Source of the DNA: Eledone cirrhosa
Taxonomy: Eukaryota
Direction: 5' to 3'
NCBI GenBank assembly: GCA_964016885.1
Contig: OZ024742.1
Coordinates: 35,836,001 to 35,900,000 of the forward strand
Length of the DNA: 64,000 nucleotides
Shown here: positions 1 to 10,648 of the stretch, piece by piece
Numbering within the stretch: the stretch's first letter is position 1
How the letters are laid out: the number at the start of each line of letters is the position of its first letter
The notes under the pieces: model-generated
What the model was told of the DNA's origin: nothing
Databases searched by the model: none
The model's input: the letters and a program-made list of their open reading frames with translations, nothing else
Position numbers and translations under genes: made by a program

Positions 1-95
1 CATTAGTGTATATGTCTATGTTTGAGGAAATTTTAAAGAGTTACAGACAGAAGAGTTTTTTATACTGTATATGTATATATATATATATATATATA

Positions 96-137
<42 letters not shown>

Positions 138-373
138 AAAAAAGGGAAAAGAATTACTTCACTTGTAGTTCTAAACAATTTAATTTAATTTTGTAAAATC
201 ATATAAAATTCAATTCAATTGTTTAGAACTACAAGTGAAGTCATTCTTTTCCTGTTTTAAAATATACCTAACAGCACCAAGGATTCCACACAATATATAT
301 ATATATATATTGAGTATATGTTGGTTGTTTACCGACACCTCAGTATGCAGAATGGACCACTCGACGAAGTACG

Positions 374-647
374 TGTGGTTAGAAAAAGCTATCTCACTTA
401 CCGCTTTTCACAGGCGCCGCTAAATTCCACTGCAGGTACTCCTCTTCCACGTGCGTCCAACTGCTTAACACCGGGAGCTGCCCAAAACTCACGTCCACAC
501 CGTGTGCTGGTCACCACTGGAGAGAGGCCCTCTGCTGGCCCTTCCGGTCGAGCATCCTTCCGGCCCAAAACCCCTTCCGGTCGATCACTCCACACACCCT
601 TCCGGTCGAGCACTCCTCCGGCCACCGCACGCCACACCATACCCACA
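374..647 (-). repeat. 3' LTR (274 bp)
   Basis: TGTGGTTAGA...CCCACA, near-identical to 4311-4590 (about six substitutions and one 6-bp indel). Confidence 0.95.
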
Positions 648-660
648 CGCCCCCCTGATC

Positions 661-3530
661 TCAAGCATCAATTTCCCCCTCATCCCTCTGCATATGAAAG
701 TCTGCTGTCCAGGTCGGTGGTCTACGACTTCGTTGCGATCTTCGTAGTATTGGGGCAGAGCTCTGGGTTTCCACCTCATCTTGGGTTTCCTCTTCCTCGG
801 AGTCCGTCGACACAGTGATTCTTCTTACATCCAGGACATGACGTGGTACCCCGTCCACGGACTCATTGTTCTTTGAATTTACGGCCGTCACCGTTCCCCT
901 TCCCCATTGAGATGTGCAACGTGCATCTGGGGGCTTAACCCAGACTTCTTCGCCCACCTGCACGAATGCACTCTCTCTCCCCACTGGCCGTTGTGGTGGC
1001 GTGCACGGGTGCCGCCACTCGTATTTGAATACTGCTCTATGTGGAACTGATTCCTCGACCTGTCCAACCCGAGGGGACATATTGTACCAGAACACTGCCT
1101 CCATTGGTGAGATATGGCCCCGCTCCGCCATTGCCTTGATCGTCCGGTGGTGTCGCTCCACGATTCCATTCCCGCTCGGCCTGTGCGCCGCTCTGAAGAA
1201 ACGGTCCACCTTCCATCCATCGAGCATCTCCCTCAGTGCCTCCGAGCGGAACGCTGCGCTGTTGTCCATCAGCAGTTCGTCCACATGGCCCCGCTCCAAG
1301 AACACCTCTCTCAACGTCCGCACGATTTCCTCGGCCGTTCCAGTCTTCATCTCCCTCCATATCGCCATTCGACCTGGTCCACAGTCGACCATCGAGAGGT
1401 ACGTTCCCTGCCGGTAGTGCGTCACATCCACCGCTAATCGCTTCCAGTCGCGATCCACCGGGAGGCTTCCCGTTTCGTGTACACCCGGGGCGGGATCAAT
1501 GGACTGACATCGGACGCAGCCTCTAACCACCCCTCGAACACTGTGTCTGCTAACGTCCGAGTCAATTCTCCTGGCTAGGAACAGGCTCCTATCCACCCCC
1601 ATGTGGTGCATGTCATGCAACCCCTTCAGGTCTAACTCGGTCAGCCGACACACGGAAGCTATCTCATCCTCTACCTCCTCCGGCGCTTCCATCCAGGCTT
1701 TCTTCACTCTAGTTAAGATGTCCGCCCTATTTTTCTCTGAGGGCACGAATACTACGCTCAGCTTCAGGTCGAACTCGGTGGCCAGCTCTCCTAACGTTCC
1801 CAGGCGGCGCTTTATCAGCATCTCCGCCGCGCCTCTCGCTCGCACTCTCTTCTCACTGGTGAGCACTGATCTTACCCATCCGAGTACAGTAGCCGAGTCG
1901 GTGCGTATCTCGATGGTTCGCAGCCCCCACCGCAGGGCGAGGTTCACCCCTCTCAACACCGCGTCCAGCTCGGCCACATTGATGTGGCTGCAGTCGTCCT
2001 TCTTTCTAAGCCAGGCTGCATCCTCGACCTCAACACCTTCTATCTCCAACGTGACACCCAGCGCTATGCTGCTGGCATAGCACCATACGGTCCCGCTCTG
2101 TGATTTGGGAACGTACCAGCGTCCCCGCACTGGGTCGTCGGCCTTCACCCTCCCCACGATCTCCTGCGTCATGGCCACCGTCCTCTCTCCCACTCTGTCA
2201 CTCCAAGTCACCCCTCCCGCTCGTTTTTGACATAGCTGCATGCCGTCCGGAGCCACCCAGCGATCGGGTAGTGACCCACCAGCTTTCCAAACACCGAGAA
2301 AAGCTCCCGCCTATTCATACTTGGGCCCAGTTCCGGAACTTCGTTTCCCCTCTGGAACACCAAAACGCCCGTCTTATCTCGCCGTAGCCTAAGTCCCAGC
2401 GCGGCTCCTCCCTCCAATGCTTCTGATGGCTTCGCAGTCAGTCCATACCTCCGCAAATGGCTCGTGACCTCCGCCGTCTACACCACCGACTCTTCCACTA
2501 GGATGTCGTCAATATAGGAGTTAGTAGCCCTCTTTATCTTGTCGGCCCTCCCCAGAGCGGTCTTGAGGACCGCCGCCATGATCTTCGGTGCGGAGCTCAG
2601 CCCGAAACCGAGCCTGGTCAGGAAATATGTCCGGCCCTTATACCTGACCAGCTGATACCGCCAGAGCTTCTCATCTATATGCAACTGCAAGTAAGCCGAC
2701 TTTAGATCCACGATCGCTGAACCCCCCGTCATGCGTCTCCACTCACGCAGGGTTTCCCCACAGACATCCGTGACCTCGCCACCCGTGTGGCATGACACGT
2801 GCTCGTTCAGCTCCCGATAGTCCAGCACCGGCCTCACCTTGCTCTTCGTGGGTTGCACCACCGCCATCAACGGCAATACTCCGCACTTCACCTCCTCCTT
2901 CCAGGGAAGCAGTATGCCCTCTTCGATCCATCTCTCTACTTCTCGCTCGAACTCGCTCCTAGCGTTTCCCTTCAATGTGTGTTGATAGCAGCCCACTTTG
3001 GTCTTCAGTGTTGGTGGTTCTCCCTTCCAGTACCACTCAACAACCCATCGCTGCCCATCAAACACGGCCTTGAAGTCTTTGTCCTGTACAGTGTAAGCGG
3101 GGTATTCCTCCTCGTGGGCCTTCTGGTTCTCATGACGTGCACTCACAGCGCATACCGATGCAGCGGCGCCAAACGACACACCGACATTGTTCACCGTGAC
3201 GCCCCCTAGACGGCCAATCGCGTCCATGCCCATAACCACGCCGATCCAATCCACCACACTGTCTACCACGATGTCGGAAAGCCTTATCCTCCTTCCCCGT
3301 ACCGCTATTTCCATCTCGCTGCGACCTCGGCATTCAATTTTCCTGCCGTCGACTGCCCTTACGCTGCTCTTCCCTCCCCACCTCTGCGCCACCCCCGCGG
3401 TCACCAGTGTCGTCGTACAGCCCGTATCCACGAGGGCTCGCTGTGGCTTCCCCCTCACGAAGACTTCCACCACGGGCAGCGCCGCTACTCGTAAGGGGCA
3501 ACTACCGGCGCAGTAGTTCCTCTTGGATCG
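661..3530 (-). pseudogene. pol: Pol polyprotein (protease, RT, RNase H, integrase), disrupted
   Basis: LVDTG protease, YIDD RT, RNase H WC(D>Y)ASS, HHCC and D-D35-E integrase (AVDVTH/LMDNS/GIVER); in-frame TAG at 2478-2480 and a frameshift near 2225 split it into ORFs 2478-3473, 2208-2456 and 661-2256. Confidence 0.92.
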
Positions 3531-4246
3531 TTTCCCTGGTCGCAGTTAGTAGCGATGTGGCCTGGTCGCTTACACCGGTAGCAAATTATCTCCGGCTTCG
3601 ACTCTCTACAGTCCCTAGCCATATGCGGGCCCTGGCACCGAAAACAGCGCCCCCTAAACGCGTGCGGACGGCCGCGTGCCGAGGTTGCCTCCCTTTCACC
3701 ATTTCGCTGCCGGGTGTCCTGAGCCTCTGTAGTTGCTATCGCCGCAACACTCTTTTTGGCATCTTCTGCTATGATCCGGGCTTGTTCCACCAGTGAACGC
3801 ATTTCCATCTCTTTATAACCCGGGACTTGCTGCAGTTTCACCGCTATGTCGTCCGGAAATCCATTGATGAACGCCAACCGCACTGTGTGTTCGCATTCCG
3901 CCTGGTAACCGGCCAACATAGCCAACCGCCTTATTTCCGCTGCGAAAATGTCGACGCGCTCACCATTCCACCCGATTCTCGCCAGCTTAGCAAAAGCCGC
4001 CAACAATCCCTCGGCGAATGCATCCATCAGACGCCTCTCAATCTTCTGCACATCTCTTTGGCTGTGCTCGTCCAACTCAAGGAAGAGTACCAGCGCGTCG
4101 CCCTCGAGGTACAATGCCATGAGGCCGGCCACGTCCTCTATCTTCTGCAAGCTTGCGACCAGCCGCACCTTCCGCAGCCAAGCGACAACATCACCTTCCC
4201 CGGTGAATGCCCTGATAGCTTCGTTCATCCGTAGTCTTGTCGCCAT
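3485..4246 (-). CDS. gag: Gag with two CCHC zinc knuckles
   Basis: 253-aa ORF with CFRCQGPHMARDC and CYRCKRPGHIATNC, just downstream of the 5' LTR/PBS. Confidence 0.92.
   Translation of the reverse strand: MATRLRMNEAIRAFTGEGDVVAWLRKVRLVASLQKIEDVAGLMALYLEGDALVLFLELDEHSQRDVQKIERRLMDAFAEGLLAAFAKLARIGWNGERVDIFAAEIRRLAMLAGYQAECEHTVRLAFINGFPDDIAVKLQQVPGYKEMEMRSLVEQARIIAEDAKKSVAAIATTEAQDTRQRNGEREATSARGRPHAFRGRCFRCQGPHMARDCRESKPEIICYRCKRPGHIATNCDQGNDPRGTTAPVVAPYE
3494..3536 (-). promoter_or_regulatory. Putative -1 ribosomal frameshift signal (G GGA AAC plus downstream stem-loop)
   Basis: Minus strand reads CAG GGA AAC in the gag frame, followed by an AACTAC...GTAGTT hairpin; the -1 frame is open into the protease. 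Confidence 0.75.
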
Positions 4247-4298
4247 CTTCTGATTTTTCTTGCGGCAAGTGTTTTTTTTTTGTTTTTTTTTTCCAGTC

Positions 4299-4310
4299 GC
4301 CGAAATAGCT
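4299..4310 (-). other. Primer-binding site complementary to the 5' 12 nt of tRNA-Phe(GAA)
   Basis: Plus strand GCCGAAATAGCT abuts the 5' LTR and equals the start of metazoan tRNA-Phe (GCCGAAATAGCTCAG); no TGG-type PBS present. Confidence 0.7.
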
Positions 4311-4590
4311 TGTGGTTAGAAAAAGCTATCGCACTTACCGCTTTTCACAGGCGCCGCTAAATTCCACTGCAGGTACTCCTCTTCCACGTGCGTCCAACTG
4401 CTTAACACCGGGAGCTGCCCAAAACTCACGTCCACACCGTGTGCTGGTCACCACTGGAGAGAGGCCCTCTGCCGGCCCTTACGGTCGAGCATCCTTCCGG
4501 CCAAAACCCCCTTCCGGTCGAGCACTCCACACACCCTTCCGGTCGAGCACTCTCCCGCCTCCGGCCACCGCACGCCACACCATACCCACA
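4311..4590 (-). repeat. 5' LTR (280 bp)
   Basis: Direct repeat of 374-647, followed by the TSD GTACG. Confidence 0.95.
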
Positions 4591-4625
4591 GTACGCAGGT
4601 TGGTTTGTTTACTCCGGAGTAATGT

Positions 4626-5384
4626 AAAATAAAATAAGTCAAATAGGTAAAATTTGGCTTCGTTTATTCTAAATTATGAATTTACTGCTATATATATATC
4701 GGTGACAGATGACGGACAATCACACGTACGTACTCTATGCTAGAATAAGAATTGTAATTCTTTACACTTCTAGATTCTGACACACAGGTTTTTTATTTCA
4801 GTTTATATTTTGCAAAATGTTTGATATTGGTTGTAAAACACACGCATTCTTTATTTGTTTGGTATCCCCCACCACGTGAAATGGTGGCAGTATATATGCC
4901 AAACTACACACATAAATTCTTCAGACCATAGCAACAGCATACTAAAGTTGACCTGCTAGCTGACCTCTTAACACCACTACCACTACCAACACTGTGAAGG
5001 AGGTCAGCTGTACTTAAACACTCTGACAAAAACAACTATAACAGGTTGACCTGGCTCAGAAGAATTTCTATAGACTTTTGACTGAGGAGTGGTCTCACAA
5101 ATGACCAATGGGATACAAGCGTGTCCTATGACGCTGAAATTCGTTTGTTCTAGCCCATATGATTCCAGTTCCTCGGCGGACTAACAACACACCCAGGAGC
5201 TGGACATATCGATGTATTGACAGAGTGAAACACACTTCAACAACATGTGGACCTGTCTTTTCCACACCAATTCGGACTGCCTGAAGAGGTCACAGCCAAT
5301 AATAGTTGTCACCGAAATATATATAACAGTAAATTTATAATTTAGAATAAACGAAGCCAAATTTTACATATTCGACTTACTTAT

Positions 5385-5390
<6 letters not shown>
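4626..5390. mobile_element. Old PLE remnant with ~80-bp inverted arms and a degenerate hammerhead at 5276-5330 (+)
   Basis: 4626-4707 is the reverse complement of ~5307-5390; ACTGC-CTGAAGA-GGTCACAGC..GTTGTCACC-GAAA-TATATATA-ACAGT; ends at a (TA)n tract. Confidence 0.55.
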
Positions 5391-5472
<82 letters not shown>

Positions 5473-5830
5473 TAAATATACAAACACATAATTTGTATTA
5501 TCATTATGATTGGTAACAAATAAGATTCAAATAGAAATAGAAATATTAAGTAGAGCATATTTTTGATCAACGAACATTTGATTTTCAATGAAGTGAGTTT
5601 CTTCTATATCTCACTATTAAACAACTACTCCATCTATAAATAAATAGTATTACACTTTCATCACTTAAAATTGTCTGAGACTTATGTTGTAAGAAAACAA
5701 TATATAAATCGAAACCAATAAACCCTACTTTTGAATCATATTTGTCAAAATAAATAAAGAGCTGTAATTTTGTTATAAGATTAACCATAGTTCCTTTCTT
5801 CTCTCTCAACAATGGACAAACATTATGCAT

Positions 5831-5902
5831 GAGCAGAACGAAGTTTTGAACTACTGACCACGGGATTAGGGGTTCAGCACGCTTCCGCTGCGCCATTCTG
5901 CT
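5831..5902 (-). pseudogene. Degenerate tRNA-iMet copy
   Basis: AGCAGAATGGCGCAGCGGAAGCGTGCTGAACCCC...TCTGCT with a broken anticodon arm. Confidence 0.75.
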
Positions 5903-6562
5903 GAAATAAGAATTGTTACTATCCTATTTCAACACCGTTATGAGTCTGTGTAATCATAGATAGATTGTAGTATTGATTTTAGTGAATATTCAGTAAAGGA
6001 TCTCATCATGTAATATGAAATTTTTATATTTCTAACTTGTCATGTGATACGCAATAGAAACTTGGACAACTGGGTAGATAACAACCAAGCTAAGCGAAGA
6101 TAATTGTGACAATGATATCTCTTGATAGAAATTGAGTTTTAGCATTAAACGAATCAATAATATATAAGATAAATAAACATAACTATATGAAGCAGAGTGA
6201 CACTGTGGAACCTAGATGTCCGTAGATCTAAATTACCCATTGCTAAATGTTAATTTATCTATGCTGGAATTTTTTCTCAAAAGATAAATTACTTCACAGA
6301 TACAGCCTATTTTTCATGGCAAATATATTTCAAAATTTATATAAAATTGGCCAGCAGACATAGTTTTCAGCGGAGCGTAGTTTTTATCTCAGGGCCGTTA
6401 GAACGTCAGATAGAATGCTTTATAGTATTTGTTCCGGCTTGCTGTACTCTGAGTGCAAATCCCACCAAGGCAACTTTGCCTTTCATCCTTTCGAGGTCGA
6501 TAGAGTACCAGAGTAGTACTGGGTCGATTTTTTCTTTATATCTCTTTCTCACTGCTTATCCA

Positions 6563-6638
<76 letters not shown>

Positions 6639-7104
6639 TCTCTGGAGAAAACTGGTTGTGTTCAGACCTGGAAATGAGATTGGCTCTGTCATCTTTAAAA
6701 TTCCCCCAAAACCCTGTATGTACTATGGTGCCAGCAGGAGTTACAAGTTAAAGAAAGAAGTTTTAATCTAACAGAAACTATCTACTACTTCTCAGAGCAC
6801 TCTAGGAATTTGAAGGCCTTTGTATCATGTAAGCTCTTGTTACTTACTGCACTTGTGGATCGGCCACATGTAAAACCTACGTCCTTTGCTAGCTCCCTGA
6901 AATCCCACTACACCCCTTGTGTATCCATAGTTTACATTTAGGATATCGGATGGAATTTCTACCTATTCCTTTTCTGCACACTGAGCAACGCCATTTCCCT
7001 GAAGAAATCTGAGCGCCCTCTTTTCCTTCTTATTTACTAGGACTTTGGTCTTTGACAAGTTAACTTTAAGACCTTTTGATTCTAGGTCATGCTTCCTGGT
7101 TTTG

Positions 7105-7176
<72 letters not shown>

Positions 7177-7184
7177 TATAAATT

Positions 7185-7315
7185 AATAAAAATAATGAAT
7201 AAAAACAAAGAAACAGTTCCTTATATTAAAAAATTCATCATTTTACGATCGTTTCTAGGATATATATGTTTGTGTTGGTATGTATATCATATAGATCTAT
7301 GTAAAATGTTTACAA

Positions 7316-7320
<5 letters not shown>
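7185..7320 (-). mobile_element. Short 3' fragment of the PLE family found at 24931-32603
   Basis: Similar to 24931-25090, including GAAACGATCGTA; sits between two (TA)n tracts. Confidence 0.7.
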
Positions 7321-7397
<77 letters not shown>

Positions 7398-8093
7398 CAT
7401 ATATATATATGTGTGTGTGTTACATTAAAAAAATGCCACATTGATCGTTAATACTTGATGGTTGTTTCTAATTCGGCCGTGTAATGTCCACGGGGTCAGC
7501 TAATTCACTTGAATACGTGTTATTTTAACGTAACACGAATCCATATGTGTAAAATTTAATACAATTTCTGATAAAACAATGTAATACATTTAATGTATTT
7601 ATTGTTTTGTTTCTTTTTTTGTGATAAAATCAAAGATTTGGAAGTAATCTAGATATTGTTTATCAGATATTGAACAATATAATATCTAAATAGTATTAGA
7701 TGAAAAATATTTAAAATAATTCCTGATATCAAAGTGTAGTTTCGATCTCTGAGCAATTGGCCCAATAGCCCACTCTGCTCCCCACACATATCCACAATTT
7801 ATATAACTCAGACTGTCAATTGCCTTCACTACAACATAAACAAGTCGAAAATATAATATTTTGCTACAATCAAATCTACCTACCACAAAACGTAAAACAT
7901 TCAAACACGACCTTCAAAATCTCGATCAGTCTCAGTAAAATAACAGCCAGCCTACTGTAATTACTGGTGTGGGGTCGACGGATGTCATCAGGCTGAAGTC
8001 GTTGCATTACATAGATTCCATTACCAATTTGCAGTGACTACTATATTATGTAATACATTATCAGTTGTTTGTAAGATTTTACGTGGAAGATAA

Positions 8094-8466
8094 ATAATTG
8101 TTTCTACTTTTAGCACAAGGCCAGCAATTACCCAGTACATTACTGGTACTTTATTTTATCGACCCCGGGAGGATGAAAGGCAAAGTTAACCTCTACTGGA
8201 TTTAAACACAGACCATAAAGGGCCGTAACTCTTTGCTGCAACGGATGGCGTACGACCCTCTACCGATACTGCCAATCCACATAATTGTTTCTACTTTAGG
8301 CACAAGGCCAGCAATTACCCAGTACATTACTGGTACTTTATTTTATCGACCCCGTAAGGATGAAAGGCAAAGTTAACCACAGCGGGATTTGAACTCAAAC
8401 CGTAAAGGGACGTAACTATGCTAGAAAGCATGGCGTCCAACCCTCTACCGATACTTCCAATTCACC
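8094..8466 (-). mobile_element. Two tandem copies of a tRNA-derived SINE
   Basis: ~185-bp unit (GGCAGTATCGGTAGAG...GTTCAAATCCC...GTCGATAAAATAAAGTACCAGT...GGCCTTGTGC) that recurs many times in the window. Confidence 0.8.
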
Positions 8467-8517
8467 AGTCAATTATAAATTTAAAAAAAAAGGATGATAA
8501 AAAAAAAATCGCAACAT

Positions 8518-8589
8518 TAGCAGAGCGTAGTTTCGACCTACGGACCTCTGGGTTATGGGCCCAGCACGCTTCCACTGCGCCACTCTGCT
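8518..8589 (-). tRNA. tRNA-iMet(CAT)
   Basis: 72-nt AGCAGAGTGGCGCAGTGGAAGCGTGCTGGGCCCATAACCCAG...TCTGCTA; T-loop GGTCGAAA variant; oligo-T terminator downstream. Confidence 0.9.
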
Positions 8590-9113
8590 TCTCGCCTACG
8601 AATGCTACATATATTAATACATAATACCGTATGTACCAATCAATTAGCAACACAACAACGAGATAAGTAATAGAAAAAAGATTAGTATTAGCAGAGTGCA
8701 ATTTCGATCTACGGACCAATGGCTTATAGGCCCAGTATTTATATATAATATATATTATTGATTATTCAGAAGATCCCATGTAATAATTATACCTTTTAGT
8801 ATTCATTGTTATGACTGGCATGTGATATTATTAAGGACAATACTGACACAATTATCTCCACTTTGTTTGAATGGTTTCCATATGCAGTTATCAAAATGTG
8901 ATATAGATTCTCACTCACATGACATGACAGAAATGAGTAAAGTTATTAATACACATGATACTTTCATGAAAATTTACGAAATCTTATTGGAAAGTCAACT
9001 AAACACATGGCAACTTCACCAGAACAAGTTTCTAACATTATCTGTCATCGGCAACACTCACACACCATTGCGGTAAAATACGCCGAAGCCCATCATGATT
9101 CACCGTGTGTCTT

Positions 9114-9163
<50 letters not shown>

Positions 9164-9264
9164 CTTCTTCCAATAGGAATGTAATATTCTTGTTAGTTTA
9201 ACGAAAAGGCCGTAAATCAATTAAGTGATATAATTAAATTATATAAATCCTTTTTAATCTTGTT

Positions 9265-9312
<48 letters not shown>

Positions 9313-9766
9313 CTGTCTGTAACTCTTTAAAATCTACTCAAATATACGTACAATGCAGTTCATATCTCATACATGTGGCTACACTATAAGAGTTTACATA
9401 TTTCCCACTAAATAGGCATTTCTCAAATGTTGCTCAGACATTCAATTCTGTATGTCAATTGTATAAATATGCTGAACATTTGCTTCTATGTTGAAGAAAG
9501 AAGCAGCATAATATTTCATTAAATATTACTAACATATTTCTCAGGAAAGTTTGCTATCTATATACAAATGTTTATATAGCGTACCGATAGTAACAGAGAG
9601 CTGCAATAGAATTGTAGTGTGTTGGTAATACAGAGATTCCTAGTTCGAAAACGAACTCTGCTAAACGTGTATATATAAATTTTAAAACATATTTGTAATG
9701 GTAAATATGATGTGTGCCTAGAACAATTAACTTTTTGAGAAAAATTACACCATTAAAAATATTTTT

Positions 9767-9838
9767 TAGCAGGGTGTAGTTTCGATTTGCGGACTTTTGA
9801 GTTATGGGCCCAAACCACTTCCACTACGCCACTCTCCT
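9767..9838 (-). pseudogene. Degenerate tRNA-iMet copy
   Basis: Retains GGGCCCATAAC and ATCGAAACTAC, with multiple stem mismatches. Confidence 0.75.
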
Positions 9839-10039
9839 CCATGCTAATACTTTTTTTCTTTGTATGATACATTATTGATTCATTTAATGTTACATTGGTT
9901 TTTCTACGGTGTCTTGATTTAAGAGATATTCCTGAAACAAGTTTGTGTTATCGACACACTGATGTGCAGGTGAGATATCTCTTACGGATAATATATGTAA
10001 ATTTTATATTACATGATGTGATCCTTTTGTTAATTTTAA

Positions 10040-10350
10040 TCTGCGACTAACCCAGATTCTGCTGCACTTTGGGCTGAGTGGGGGAAAACTCTCCAAGTAT
10101 CGGTCGCTTTCCGACAGGTGTGCGGTCGTGCCCTTTGCAGTGGAGACTTCTGGTGTCCTTGGCCCTAGGGTTACCTCCCTACTTACCACCATAGGCGCTG
10201 AGCTGGCCAGCCGCAGGTGTGAGTCTCGCGAGATGGAATGGCTCTTCCAGCGCATTTCCCTTACCATCTTCCGGGGAAACGCCTTCTCCCTTCTGTCCGC
10301 CGGGGCTGTGGGGCGGCCAGCACATGGGACGCCATTTGCTCATAATACAG
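10040..10350 (+). pseudogene. 3' fragment of a CRE-like non-LTR retrotransposon (restriction-like endonuclease C-terminus)
   Basis: Translation KYRSL...VPFAVETSGVLG...WLFQRISLTIFRGNA; GC-rich island; a related 3' tail occurs at ~11799-11875. Confidence 0.7.
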
Positions 10351-10588
10351 AAAGATGGGGAGGGCGAGAGAGATGGAGGCGATGACCGTGGAAGTTCGGT
10401 TCTTCCGTGTTCGGACACATTTGTCAAATTGTAGGTTTTATGAAATAATTGTACCATATTTAATATATTTTCATCGTTGTGTAGCTTTTGTTCAACATTG
10501 AGATACAGAATATATTGTTCAACATTGAGATATAGAACGTAGCTACCCTCTGCTTAACATTTATGAAACATTTTAAAAGAAAATTGAA

Positions 10589-10648
10589 TAGTGGAGCGCT
10601 GGTTTGTCTACGGACCTCCGAGTTACAAGTTCGGCACGCTTCACTGAG
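10589..10648 (-). pseudogene. Highly degenerate tRNA-iMet copy
   Basis: GAAGCGTGCCGAAC...GAGGTCCGTAGAC similarity to the cluster tRNA. Confidence 0.5.

Larger units (their letters stand above)
374..4590 (-). mobile_element. Full-length Ty3/Gypsy LTR retrotransposon (4.2 kb), inactivated
   Basis: Two LTRs with TG...CA ends; 5-bp TSD GTACG at 369-373 and 4591-4595; gag-PR-RT-RH-IN order; purine tract (AGGGGGGCG, minus strand) abutting the 3' LTR. Confidence 0.96.

Noticed and set aside
4311-4590. Tf1-type self-priming of the Gypsy element
   Set aside because: Only a 6-7 nt complement to the PBS is present, at the U5 end, rather than an ~11-nt match at a plausible transcript start; the tRNA-Phe match is longer
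318-4642. Plus-strand and alternative-frame ORFs over the Gypsy element
   Set aside because: Shadow ORFs of GC-rich gag/pol/LTR sequence
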